Below are positions 39,657 through 51,610 of a DNA stretch of 64,000 nt, piece after piece. The position numbers and the translations under genes are program-made. Every line of letters begins with the position of its first letter. Positions within the stretch are counted from its first letter, which is position 1. This DNA comes from Jimgerdemannia flammicorona (Eukaryota), in assembly GCA_003990765.1 (NCBI GenBank), contig RBNJ01000011.1, forward strand, positions 1-64,000, read 5' to 3'. The notes beneath the pieces are model-generated. The model did no database searches. It was not told the DNA's origin and worked only from the letters and a program-made list of their open reading frames with translations.

Positions 39657-39943
39657 ATGCTTTAGGGATGAGATCATCTATTCAGGAGGAAGTTGTGATG
39701 GTATAGCCAGATTCAGAAGAAGGAAATAGGGAATAGACACTTGATCGCACCCAGTCCCAAAGTAGTATAGCCACATAGTTAACAGTCCTTGATTTCGCAA
39801 CTTGCTAAATATTTCGCAAAGTACAAGATCGAGCTTCCCAATATAGTATAGCATTTCGCAACTGGCGAAATATTTCGCAAAGTATTAAATGACTCATAAC
39901 TTAGCCACATAACCCAGTAACCATCTTATAGCTAGCAAACTTG

Positions 39944-39975
39944 TATAAATAACCCAGTATCTTCAAGTGAATAAA
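39944..39975 (+). promoter_or_regulatory. LTR TATA box (TATAAA, 39944) and poly(A) signal (AATAAA, 39970)
   Basis: Motifs read directly and present in most family A LTRs. The upstream U3 region has a duplicated TTTCGCAAC..AAATATTTCGCAAAGT motif. Confidence 0.5.
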
Positions 39976-40190
39976 CCTCAGATCAAAATAGTTCAAAGCA
40001 AAGAGATAGCAAAGGAACTAGTAAGCCTATGGGTAGATACACTTCGAACTCACCCACCCTCCCCTGTAACTTCAAGAGACTCTGCGAGAGTCAGAACAGT
40101 CAAGTCTTCAAGATACAGAAATCTGACGTACTTTCAAGAGTAAGCATCTGCTATGTTACAATATATAGAGTGAGTTAAAAAGTGAAGAGA

Positions 40191-40710
40191 AATTAATATA
40201 TATAGAAGTAAAATTAATATACTCTAATATTATTTCTTCAGATATTATATATATTTAGTAAAATATAACTCTATAATTATATAGAGAAATATCTAATATA
40301 TTTTACTATAGAGCTCAAAATATATAATTACCAATAGATTGCAGAGAAATTAACTATTGAAATAATATTTAAAAAAGGAAAATTTTAAAATATAATGATC
40401 TTATTGATAGATAGTATTTCATACTAACCAAATTTTAGAAATCTAGAGATTATATTCTAGTAATATATTTTAGAGAAATTAAACTTTATTACTAGAATAA
40501 TTAATATATAGAAGTAAAATTAATATACTCTAATTAATATTATTTCTTTAAATATTATATATATTTAGCAAAATAATAACTCTGTAATTATATAAAGAAA
40601 TATCTAATATTTAATATTATAGAGTTCAAAAAATATAATTACTAATAGATTATAGAGAAATTAACTATTAAAATAATATTTTATAAAGTAAAATTTCAAA
40701 ATATAATAAA
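40191..40710. repeat. AT-rich tandem duplication (~310-bp period)
   Basis: aattaatata..gaagtaaaattaatatactctaat... occurs at ~40191 and ~40499, with related units near 33125-33460. Confidence 0.55.
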
Positions 40711-40979
40711 CTGTTTGGATCTTATTCATAGATAGTATAATGGTGATCTTAGAATAATAACATCATTACAGAAGACAGTCTTTCCTTACAAGCCATCAGA
40801 TCAGAGCACAAGAAGATCATATAGTATAACTCACTCAGGCTATAAGATGAGCAATACTATATAGAGATCATAATATTATATAAAAGAATTATTATATAGA
40901 AATTATATATTTTTGGAGATTATCATGCTATATAAGATTATAATATATAAATCACATACTTTTAGAGATCACTATCACC

Positions 40980-41067
40980 TAGTACTTCTAATAAGTCAAT
41001 TTAATCTGGATTGGATTCAGATTGATTCAGATTGAATTCCATCCAGATTGACTCATTCAGAGCACTA
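40980..41067. mobile_element. 88-bp hAT-type MITE
   Basis: Termini TAGT(A)CT...GAGCACTA and an 8-bp TSD CT(A/G)TCACC (40972-40979 and 41068-41075). Confidence 0.75.
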
Positions 41068-44000
41068 CTGTCACCCAAGAAGAAAAACATACAAATCACT
41101 ACTTATACCCAAGAACTCATTCCAATAAGAAAATTGCTCACAGATATTTAACTTTGACTATTATACCACTAAATATCAAGAACATTTTATTACTTTTAAC
41201 AAAGTAACTGAGGGCTTAAGCCAAACTATGCTAACCCCCAACCTTGTAATTTATCTCTATTGAGTCAGGCATATTACATTTAGAGACTCAACTAGAAAGA
41301 TTTCAAATTGATATAACTTTTTAGCTTATAAGAACCCATAGTCAAACTGGATATATTTGATATAATACTAATCTCTACTACTACAGAAGAACCAGTCATC
41401 ACTAACATTTGGATAGAAAGAGAAGTAATTACTTCAAGACTTACCAACTACTCAATATCAGAGAAATCCCAACCAGAAGTCAGTATAGTACAGAATCTCC
41501 AGCCAGTACTAACAGACTTATTATAGGATCAATCAGACCAACCAGATTACACAGACAGCTCTGCCAGAGTTTTTGATGAGCTTGGACAATAGTTTGAAGA
41601 CCTTATTGCATAAGTCTGAGTTCTTGTAGAAGACCTACTAATTTTGTCCATTGATTCTCTACTACTAGCTACTATAAAATAGGAAGATCAAGAAATAGCT
41701 CCATTAAGGATACCCAGATCTATTCTATCTCACTCAAGATCTCCAACACCATTCTTAAGATATCCAAGTATCCTGAACTCCAGTAATAACACAGAAAGTA
41801 AATTAGAATCAGAATTAGATTTAGTACCAAGATTAGAACCAGAACTAGAATTAGAAGACAGTGATAACAAAATGGCTACCCCATTGCCAACCTTTGTAGG
41901 ATACTCTGAAGAAGATCCAAGAAAATTCCTTAATAGAATAGAAGAAATTACAGCTCTGAAAAATCTTACTTCTGAAAGAAAAATCACTATCTATAAGACC
42001 CAACTCAGAGAACCAGCCAAAGGAATTTTTACCTAAGTATATAATGATCCAAACTCAGACCTTGGAGCAGTCATTATTGCAGTAATAACTTAGCTAGTAG
42101 AGTATCAAGCTATGATCCACTGACTTATTGAGAAGTATACAGAAAATGGGATTTACTATAAAGCTTAAGAATCTATTATAGAGATAAAGATGAATCTTAA
42201 AGAATTACCCAGAGCATTCTTCATAAGAATTCAGAAGAGAATGTATGTAGCTAGGTTCAATACCACTATATAAAATACCCCAGAGATAAGAGTGAATAAA
42301 TCTCAGTCTAAAAAGTTCAAAAGCAAAAGACAAATCTATCTGCCATACTTTGAAAAGAACTTTAAAGCCACTACTAAGAGATTGTAAGCTTACTTTCCAC
42401 TTTGGTCTACTTTTTGATATAAAGAATAAGTCTGCTATATTTTTGGTTTACTTATCAGATAAGTCTGAAGAATTCAAAGAAGTCCACCTCTTATTACAAA
42501 GTCAGTCTTTAGATATAACTTTGCAGTGAACTTATTTATACAAATTAAGTTAGTTTTGATATAACTTTACTAAGAGAAGAATCTGCTATTCCCAGAGAGC
42601 TCTATAGGAATCTTACCACAAGCCAATCTATCTGATATAACCTTATAGTAGAGCTAGTCTATGATATAACTCTATATAAATAAAGTCAGTCTTTGATATA
42701 ACTTGTTAAAAATCTATATTATCTGAGTTATTTCTCAGAAGTCTACTAATTTAAGAAGAATTTACATCATCTACTATTTTTGAGTTCTCTGCTAACCTAG
42801 TTATCTAAGTTACTCAAGTTATCTAAGTTATCAAATAGTGCTCTGAACGAGTCAATCTGGATGGAATTTGGATGGATTTGAATCCCATCTGGATCAACTT
42901 GGATTGGATTCGAATCCCATCTGGATCAACTTGGATGGGATTCGAATCCCATCCAGATGGATTTGAATCAACCATTGTTTTGATTTCTAAATTGGATAAT
43001 TAAATGTTTATATCAATAACTCAATGAACAATCATCCAAATTTGATGATCTTGGTGTCATTTGAAAGCCCTTAATAAGGCCTATCTAATGATATCAAGAA
43101 CATTGAAATCCAATCATACGTTGCTGAGTTATGAAGGAAACCATCTGAATTGCTGATTTTGGAAATTTCATCAAATAGAATGTTTTCCTTAATATATCGG
43201 CAATGCGTAATCCGATTTTAATGTTCTTGATATCATTAGAAAGGCCTTATTAAGGGCCTTCAAATGACACTAAGAGAATCAAATTTGGATGATTATTCAT
43301 TGAGTTATTGATATAAACATTTAATTGTCCAATTTGGATTTTTTTTTTATTATAAAACGAGTAGATAATAGCAGAAGAGGTTTGAGTGAGATGTGATACT
43401 GTTACGGCGGATATGAAGGTCGGCAGTAAAAGGTCAAACAGTTATGAAAAGCTTATGTGAATTTTCACGACGGAACAGAAAGCGGAATAAAGTGTTTTCC
43501 GAAGCAAGGTGCAATAGATCTGCAACCCGCCCACGGCACCGCAGTTGCGATGGTCTTTATTCAATTTGAGAAACAAAGTTCGGATAAACAAAGACACGGA
43601 TCTAACCCCGGAATTCCGGAATCGGACAGGTGCATAAGTACCCGAGCCTTGCCCCGATCCAAACAAAGGTCTGAATCGGGCTTTGTCGATCTACACACGT
43701 GACAGGCCATTAAAAACCCGATATAGAAACAATCGGGAAAAGGTACCGGTCACGTGATCTAATGTTACACAATCAGTAAACAATGCCAAAAACGGAACTA
43801 GACCAATGATGCAACATGTGTCGTCACGTGATTGTCACTTATAGGTTTAAAAACCTAAAAATTGTCGGCACCCGAAGGCGCAGGCGTCAGGCCTAGAGCC
43901 TCGTGACCGGAGCGGAGTAGAGCCTCGGCACCGGAGCGAGCAAAGCGAGCAGAGGTAGACAGGCGTCACAGAGCATAGGTATGCAGGTGTCAGGCCTAGA

Positions 44001-44074
44001 GCCTCGCGCCGGAGGTTGTCCGGCAATTTTTCGCGTTTTTAAACATCGCACGGCACATACAAGCGGTGCGGCCT

Positions 44075-46081
44075 TCAAGGAGGAATTAAAGCGAAGCTGG
44101 TGTTTGAGACAGCATTAAGAACGGTAAAACCATTCTTCCGGGCGATGATCGGTCGTCGGGCAGTCGCAGGGAAACCAAAATGAAGCAAAGCGGTACGTAG
44201 AGTCTTGTCGGGCTGTTGATGTAGCCATCGGGCCGTGTCGTATTGGATGACAAGCAACGGGGGAGGAAAAGCGGAGTGGGGGATGGGGGGGTGGGAAATA
44301 AGAGGAGGGGTGAGAAGTGAAGTTCGGACCTCAAGCCAATCAACCAAACTCAATTAAGCGGTTACAACATCAACAGGGTATCCTTTCCTGTGAACCAGGA
44401 ACTCAGCCAAAGACCAACACTCATCAAGCCAATCACGGCGAGAAGAGCAGAGAAGCGAAAGGCGGCGGGCCTCATTTACGATGCATAGACGGAGTGTCTT
44501 CCTAGGATGATTGCTCAACCAGTCAACAAACTGAGTACTACGCGGGAACTTGGCAAAGTGGCCTGTGTGGAACAGTGCGACTCGGATTTCCAGGTCTAAG
44601 TAATGGCACGGTCCAGTGGACAAGACTTCCCATTCGATACGATGGTGCGGAGGGTACACGGCAGCAAAGATCGAGGCCAAGTCCATAATCGCGGGCGTAA
44701 AGACGATAAGATCATCAATATACCGGTGGAACTTTAGCCCAGCAGCGACGGCTCGGCTAAGCAGATGATCGGGCGCTTGCAAGGCGCGCAACTCATGAGC
44801 GAAACCAACAAGATTGGCAAGATCCAGAGCACAATTAGTGCCCATAGCAATACCAGTCACAGAGCAGAAGGAACCGATGGTGGATGTAAACGTCATACGA
44901 GTCATGACTATGTGGACAAGGCCGAGAATGGCTTCAAGCGGCAAAGAGCCAGGGGGAAAGGCCACCGTCGACAAAAAGGTGAGGCAGTCAATGCACTTAT
45001 CTAATGTGATCCTGGTGTAGAAGGCGGCGAAATCTCCAGTAGCAACGTATGAGCAATCTGACACATCAAGGTAATCCGATCGAACCAATTGAAGCAGTTC
45101 GAGCGTATCACGTAAAGGTGAATAACGGGAGTAACCCACATTATGGCGCAGATGGGCCGACCACAGACGGAGAAAGCGAGATAGGAAACGCGAAATCTCG
45201 GTCGTAGGAGAGTTAAACGCACCAACGATAGGGCGCCATGCCACGTGAGCTCCTTTGTGTACCTTGGGCAGAGCATGAAACACGGGTAGCTTACAATTGA
45301 TGGGCTCCATGAGGTGTTCCCAAATCGGCATACAATTATGATTACCGATGCAGAACTCGAGTAGACCAAGAAGGTCTAGCCTCACTGATTCCTTAACGTT
45401 ATCAATCGTAGAGGGATCATACACATACGCAGGATCGTGAAGGAGAGACCGAAGACCGTCGAGATATAGAGCGCACGGTATAACGGTGAACCCCAGATTT
45501 TTGTCAGTAAGACAGACAGTGAAGTCGTCATGAGTATGGATGCCTTTAAGAAGGCGGCGGAACTTCTTCGGTACAAGCACGCCGGACACATTCGTCGTGG
45601 GTCGGACAGCTTGATTCAAAGCGGCACTCATATGGAGCATAATTTGCATATTTTCCATACAATGCGGCGGTCACCATTTAGATGGCACCCAGGCAGAGAT
45701 CTCCAGGACGTCGTCAGGATTACCCATAGAGGTCCAGAAGGTGGCAAGGTCGAGACGCCGTTGGAACGACGACAACGAAATCGGGTCGATGGTGCTGTTC
45801 ATCGATGCCGACCCGGGGAGAACGAACTTAGGGCCAAAGTTCAGCATATACGTGAGCTCGGGGGTAAGCCAAGGCAGAGGTATATTGGTAACAAAGCCCT
45901 CCTTGGTAAACATCCGAAACCGAGGGACGAAAAACTGACTTAAGCAAGAACCGGGAAGAGAAGACACGAAGGCAAAATCTTCAATTGGTGTCGAGGCCGC
46001 TACCCCACGTGGAATGGGGACATCAGGGCCAAACCACACTGCCAGGAAGTCGTATAAGACTTCCGGGCTGGGGACCTCTAG
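44075..46081 (-). pseudogene. PLE reverse transcriptase ORF2 (arm A; two in-frame stops)
   Basis: PLE motifs LNFGPKF, TDKNLG, FHALPKVHK..WRPIV...SPT, GDFAAFYTRI, GIAMGTNCA.DLANL, RYIDDL, YLDLEI, WLSNHP and GYP. Confidence 0.88.
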
Positions 46082-47238
46082 TTTTTCGACGCTAGAGGGC
46101 AGGCATCACCGGCGTTATGCCAGATGACATGATGTTTAGCGGCAGTACACTTGTTGCACTGCGGCACAAATGCCCTGGCGGTGCTCTTAGACGAGCGGCT
46201 CGAAGTCGACGAGCGGCTGGTCCCGGTAGAAGCAGAAGAAGCAGACGGGGAAGGCGAAGCCTTACGTGCTCGCTTGACCCCTTTTACAGAACCCTCGGTC
46301 ACAGCCGGGGCTAGGGGGCAAGGACCTCGGTGGGCCTTTGTAGGCACACCAAGGCGTCCAGAACAGCTATGGCAGTTCGGCGCAACAGAAGCCGAGGTCA
46401 CCTTCACCTCCTTCACCTTTCCCGCAGCCCCCGCAGGCGCGGCAGTAGAGGGTAGGGGGGTGGGGACACTCTTTTTCGGTCGGGCGGAACCGGCGGCAGC
46501 AGAAGCAAATGTGCGTTTGGCACCTGGAGTAACAATCTCGGGGCGCTTCCCAAGCTCCTCAACTGCGGCTTTGCGGGCGGCAGCGGAAATCCCATCTTGC
46601 AGGGAGGAGGACACAGAGGCTATCGGGCAGACAGCAGCGGCAGCGGCTTTGGCAGCGGCGGTGGCGGCGAGACGGTGAGACTGATGCACGACAACGTCAA
46701 AACCACGGAACAAGAACAAGTTTGTCTTAGCTCTGTCAGTGGCAGCAAGGGTAGCGATATTCTTGGCTACCCCAAGAGTGATATCGACCGATACACCAAA
46801 AAATTGATGGGCATTGGAAGAACCACCCATGGCCTTGTCGATTTTAGCATGCTGGTCCTTAGTATGCTGGGCGGCAGCTTCCTGATCAGAAATGGCAGCC
46901 TCGATCGCGGCAGTGGCACGGTGCTTAGCTTCTGCCAAAGCAGTAGTAAGGGCGGCATCATGCTGTTCCTCAGGTAGGAGGGCGATGGCAGCAGCTACCT
47001 TCTTGGAAGGAGTAAACCTCCAATCGGCAACTTGGGCCCATAGGAAATCGGCACAGCATTCTTTCGCGGCGGCGACCTCAAGGGCGGAGAGCACTCCGGT
47101 GCAAGCAGCACGGAAGTAGGTAGGGACCTCGGCAGACGTGGCAGCAACGTAGGCTGCAAGGTTGTCGAACTCTGCCAAATCGGCGAAGGAAGCTTTGGGG
47201 ATGGCAGCATCGCCATCTATATTCATATTATCTATCAT
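46078..47238 (-). CDS. PLE ORF1, 386 aa (Ala-rich helical N-terminus, two CxxC..H..C motifs), open frame
   Basis: Uninterrupted ORF starting 6 nt after the pLTR end. It is colinear in arm B and in the decayed copy. Confidence 0.75.
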   Translation of the reverse strand: MIDNMNIDGDAAIPKASFADLAEFDNLAAYVAATSAEVPTYFRAACTGVLSALEVAAAKECCADFLWAQVADWRFTPSKKVAAAIALLPEEQHDAALTTALAEAKHRATAAIEAAISDQEAAAQHTKDQHAKIDKAMGGSSNAHQFFGVSVDITLGVAKNIATLAATDRAKTNLFLFRGFDVVVHQSHRLAATAAAKAAAAAVCPIASVSSSLQDGISAAARKAAVEELGKRPEIVTPGAKRTFASAAAGSARPKKSVPTPLPSTAAPAGAAGKVKEVKVTSASVAPNCHSCSGRLGVPTKAHRGPCPLAPAVTEGSVKGVKRARKASPSPSASSASTGTSRSSTSSRSSKSTARAFVPQCNKCTAAKHHVIWHNAGDACPLASKN

Positions 47239-47956
47239 GTTGTGTATTATAAAACGAGTAGATAATAGCGGAAGAGGTTTGAGCGAGATGTGATACTGTT
47301 ACGGTGGATATGAAGGTCAGCAGTAAAAGGTCAAACAGTTATGAAAAGCTTATGTGAATTTTCATGACGGAACAGAAAGTGGAATAAAGTGTTTTCCGAA
47401 GCAAGGTGCAATAGATCTGCAACCCGCCCACGGCACCGCAGTTTGCGATGGTCTTTATTCAATTTGAGAAACAAAGTTCGGATAAACAAAGACACGGATC
47501 TAACCCCGGAATTCCGGAATTGGACAGGTGCATAAGTACCCGAGCCTTGCCCCGATCCAAACAAAGGTCTGAATCGGGCTTCGTTGATCTATACACGTGA
47601 CGGGCCATTAAAAACCCGATATATAAACAATCGGAAAAAGGTACCGGTCACATGATCTAATGTTACACAATCAGTAAACAATGCCAAAAACGGAACTAGA
47701 CCAATGACGCAACACGTGTCGTCACGTGATTGTCACTTATAGGTTTAAAAACGCGAAAAATCGCCGGACAACCTCTGGCGCGAGGCTCTAGGCCTGACGC
47801 CTGCGTACCTACGCTCTGTGACACCTGTCTACCTCCACTCGCTTCGCTCGCTCTGGTGTCGAGGCTCTACTCCGCTCTGGTCATGAGGCTCTAGGCCTGA
47901 CGCCTGCGCCTTCGGGTGCCGACGATTTTTAGGTTTTTAAACCTATAAGTGACAAT

Positions 47957-48091
47957 CACGTGACGACACGTGTTGCGTCATTGGTCTAGTTCCATTTTTG
48001 GCATTGTTTACTGATTGTGTAACATTAGATCACGTGACCGGTACCTTTTCCCGATTGTTTCTATATCGGGTTTTTAATGGCCTGTCACGTG
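47957..48091 (+). promoter_or_regulatory. Cluster of four CACGTG E-boxes with CCAAT and TGTTTAC motifs in the pLTR (putative promoter)
   Basis: CACGTG at 47957, 47967, 48031 and 48086, ATTGG at ~47980 and TGTTTAC at 48005. The cluster recurs in the other pLTR copies. Confidence 0.5.
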
Positions 48092-48446
48092 TGTAGATCG
48101 ACGAAGCCCGATTCAGACCTTTGTTTGGATCGGGGCAAGGCTCGGGTACTTATGCACCTGTCCGATTCCGGAATTCCGGGGTTAGATCCGTGTCTTTGTT
48201 TATCCGAACTTTGTTTCTCAAATTGAATAAAGACCATCGCAAACTGCGGTGCCGTGGGCGGGTTGCAGATCTATTGCACCTTGCTTCGGAAAACACTTTA
48301 TTCCGCTTTCTGTTCTGTCGTGAAAATTCACATAAGCTTTTCATAACTGTTTGACCTTTTACTGCCGACCTTCATATCCGCCGTAACAGTATCACATCTC
48401 GCTCAAACCTCTTCCGCTATTATCTACTCGTTTTATAATACACAAC

Positions 48447-49607
48447 ATGACAGATAATATGAATATAGATGGCGATGCTGCCATCCCCAAAGCTTCCTTC
48501 GCCGATTTGGCGGAGTTCGACAACCTTGCAGCCTACATTGCTGCCGTGTCTGCTGAGGTCCCTACCTACTTCTGTGCTGCTTGCACCGGAGTGCTCTCCA
48601 CCCTTGAGGTCGCCGCCGTGAAAGAACGCCATGCTGATTTCCTACGGGCCCAAGTTGCCGATTGGAGGTTTACTCCTTCCAAGAAGGTAGCTGCTGCCAT
48701 CGCCCTCCTACCTGAGAAATAGCGTGATACCGCCCTTACTACTGCTTCGGCAGAAGCTAAGCGCCGCGCCACTGCCGTGATCGAGGCTGCCGTTTCTGAT
48801 CAGGAAGCTGCCGCCCAGCATGCTAAGGACCAGTGTGCTAAAATCGACAAGGCCATGGGTGGTTCTTCCGATGCCCATCAATTTTTTGGTGTATCGGTTG
48901 ATATCACTCTTAGGGTAGCCAAGAATATCGCTACCCTTGCTGCCACCGACAGAGCTAAGACAAACTTGTTCTTGTTCCATGGTTTTGACATTGTCGTGCG
49001 TCAGTCTCGCCGTCTCGCTGCCGCCGCCGCTGCCAAAGCCACTGCTGCTGCCATCCGCCCGATAGCCCCTGCGTCCTCCTCCCTGCAAGATGGGATTTCC
49101 GCCGCCGCCCGCAAAGCCGTAGTTGAGGAGCTTGGGAAGCGCCCCGAGATTGTTACTCCGGGTGCCAAACGCACATTTGCTTCTGCTGCCGCCGGTTCCG
49201 CCCGACCGAAAAAGAGTGTCCCCACCCCCCTACTCTCTACCGCCGCGCCTGCGGGGGCTGCGGGAAAGGTGAAGGAGGTGAAGGTGACCTTGGCTTCTGT
49301 TGTGCCGAACTGCCGTAGCTGTTCTGGACACCTTGGTGTGCCTACAAAGGCCCACCGAGGTCCTTGCCCCCTAGCCCCAGCTGTGACTGAGGGTTCTGTA
49401 AAAGGGGTCAAGCGAGCACGTAAGGCTTCGCCTTCCCCGTCTGCTTCTTCTGCTTCTACCGGGACCAGCCGCTCGTCGACTTCGAGCCGCTCATCTAAGA
49501 GCGCCGCCAGGGCATTTGTGCCGCAGTGCAACAAGTGTACTGCCGCTAAACGTCATGTCGTCTGGCATAACGCCGATGATGCCTGCCCTCTAGCGTCGAA
49601 AAACTAG
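48447..49607 (+). pseudogene. PLE ORF1 (arm B; premature TAG at 48720-48722)
   Basis: Colinear with 46078-47238. Confidence 0.8.
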
Positions 49608-51610
49608 AGGTCCCCAGCCCAGAAGTCTTATACGACTTCCTGGCAGCGTGGTTTGGCCCTGATGTCCCCATTCTACGTGGGGTAGCGGCCTCAACACCAA
49701 TTGAGGATTTTGCCTTCGTGTCTTCTCTTCCCGGTTCTCGCTTAAGTCAGTTTTTCGTCCCTTGGTTTCGGATGTTTACCGAGGAGGGCTTTGTTACCGA
49801 TATACCTCCGCCTTGGCTTACCCCCGAGCTCATGTATATGCTGAACTTTGGCCCTAAGTTTGTTCTCCCCGGGTCGGCATTGATGAACAGCACCATCGAC
49901 CCGATTTCGTTGTCATCGTTCCAATGGCGTCTCGACCTTGCCACCTTCTGGACCTCTATGGGTAATCCTGACGACGTCCCGGAGATCTCTGCCTGGGTGC
50001 CATCTAAATGGTGACCGCCGCATTGTATGGAAAATATGCAAATTATGCTCCATATGAGTACCGCTTTGAATCAAGCTGTCCGACCCACGACAAATGTGTC
50101 CGGTGCGCTTGTACCGAAGAAGTTCCGCCGCCTTCTTAAAGGCGTCCGTACTCATGACGACTTCACTGTCTGTCTTACCGACAAAAATCTGGGGTTCGCC
50201 ATTATACCGCGCGCTCTATATCTCGACGGTCTTCGGTCTCTCCTTCACGATCCTGCGTACGTGTATGATCCCTCTATGATTGATAACGTTAAGGAATCAG
50301 TGAGGCTAGACCTTCTTGGTCTACTCGAGTTCTGCATCGGCGATCATAATTGTATGCCGATTTGGGAACACCTCATGGAGCCCATCGATTGTAAGCTACC
50401 CGTGTTTCATGCTCTGCCCAAGGTACACAAAGGAGCTCGCGTGGCATGGCACCCTATCGTTGGTGCGTTTAACTCTCCTACGACCGAGATTTCGCGTTTC
50501 CTATCTCGCTTTCTCCATCTGTGGTCGGCCCATCTGCGCCATAATGTGGGTTACTCCCGTTATTCACCTTTACGTGATACGCTCGAACTGCTTCAATTGG
50601 TTCGATCGGATTACCTTGACATGTCAGATTGCTCATACGTTGCTACTGGAGATTTCGCCGCCTTCTACACCAGGATCACATTAGATGAGTGCATCGACTG
50701 CCTCACCTTTTTGTCGATGGTGGCCTTCCCCCCTGGCTCTTTGCCACTTGAAGCCGTTCTCGGCCTTATCCGCATAGTCATGACTCGTATGACGTTTACA
50801 TCCGCCATCAGTTCCTTCCGCTCCGTGACTGGTATTGCTATGGGCACTAATTGTGCTCCGGATCTTGCCAATCTTGTTGGTTTCGCTCATGAGTTGCACG
50901 CCTCGCAAGCGCCCGATCATCTGCTTAGCCGAGCCGTCGCTGCCGGGCTAAAGTTCCGCCGGTATATTGATGATCTTATCATCTTTACGCCCGCGATTAT
51001 GGACTTGGCCTTGATCTTTGCTGCCGTGTACCCTCTGCACCATCGTATCGAATGGGAAGTCTTGTCCGCCGGACCGTGCCATTACTTAGACCTGGAAATC
51101 CGAGTCACACCGTTCCGCACAGGCCACTTTGCCAAGTTCCCGCGTAGTACTCAGTTTGTCGACTGGTTGAGCAATCATCCTAGGAAGACACTCTGTCTAT
51201 GCATTGTAAATGAGGCCCGCCACCTTTCGCTTCTCTGCTCTTCTCGCCGTGATTGGCTTGATGAGTGTCGGTCTTTGGCCGAGTTCCTGGTTCACAGGAA
51301 AGGATACCCTGTTGATGTTGTAACCGCTCAATTGAGTTTGGTTGATTGGCTTGAGGTCCGAACTTCACTTCTCACCCCTCCTCTTATTTCCCACCCCCCC
51401 ATCCCCCACTCCGCTTTTCCTCCCCTGTTGCTTGTCGTCCAATATGACACGGCCCGATGGCTACATCAACAGCCCGACAAGACTCTACATACCGCTTTGC
51501 TTCGTTTTGGTTTCCCTGTGACTGCCTGACAACCGATCATCGCCCGAAAGAATGGTTTTACCATTCTTAATGCTGTCTCAAACACCAGCTTCGCTTTAAG
51601 TCCTCCTTGA
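49604..51610 (+). pseudogene. PLE reverse transcriptase ORF2 (arm B)
   Basis: Same motifs as arm A. In-frame TGA at 50012-50014 and 51527-51529; no GIY-YIG motif seen. Confidence 0.88.

Larger units (their letters stand above)
33481..40160 (+). mobile_element. Ty3/Gypsy family A, copy 3 (full length, inactivated)
   Basis: LTRs at 33481-33947 and 39694-40160, TSD ATAT, PBS at 33951 and PPT CAGGAGGAAGT before 39694. Confidence 0.95.
43339..47752 (-). mobile_element. Penelope-like retroelement (EN-less), left arm A
   Basis: Poly(A) tail (T-run 43339-43348), 3' pLTR 43348-44044, RT ORF, ORF1 and partial 5' pLTR 47245-47752. Confidence 0.9.

Noticed and set aside
42860-42970. Short regularly spaced repeats (GGATTCGAATCCCATCTGGATCAACTT) suggestive of CRISPR
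   Set aside because: There are no unique spacers or cas genes. They are MITE subterminal repeats in a eukaryotic context.
48121-48354. 77-aa ORF (MFGSGQG...) repeated in each pLTR
   Set aside because: It has a TTG start and no motif and is frameshifted in one copy. The recurrence simply reflects pLTR duplication.
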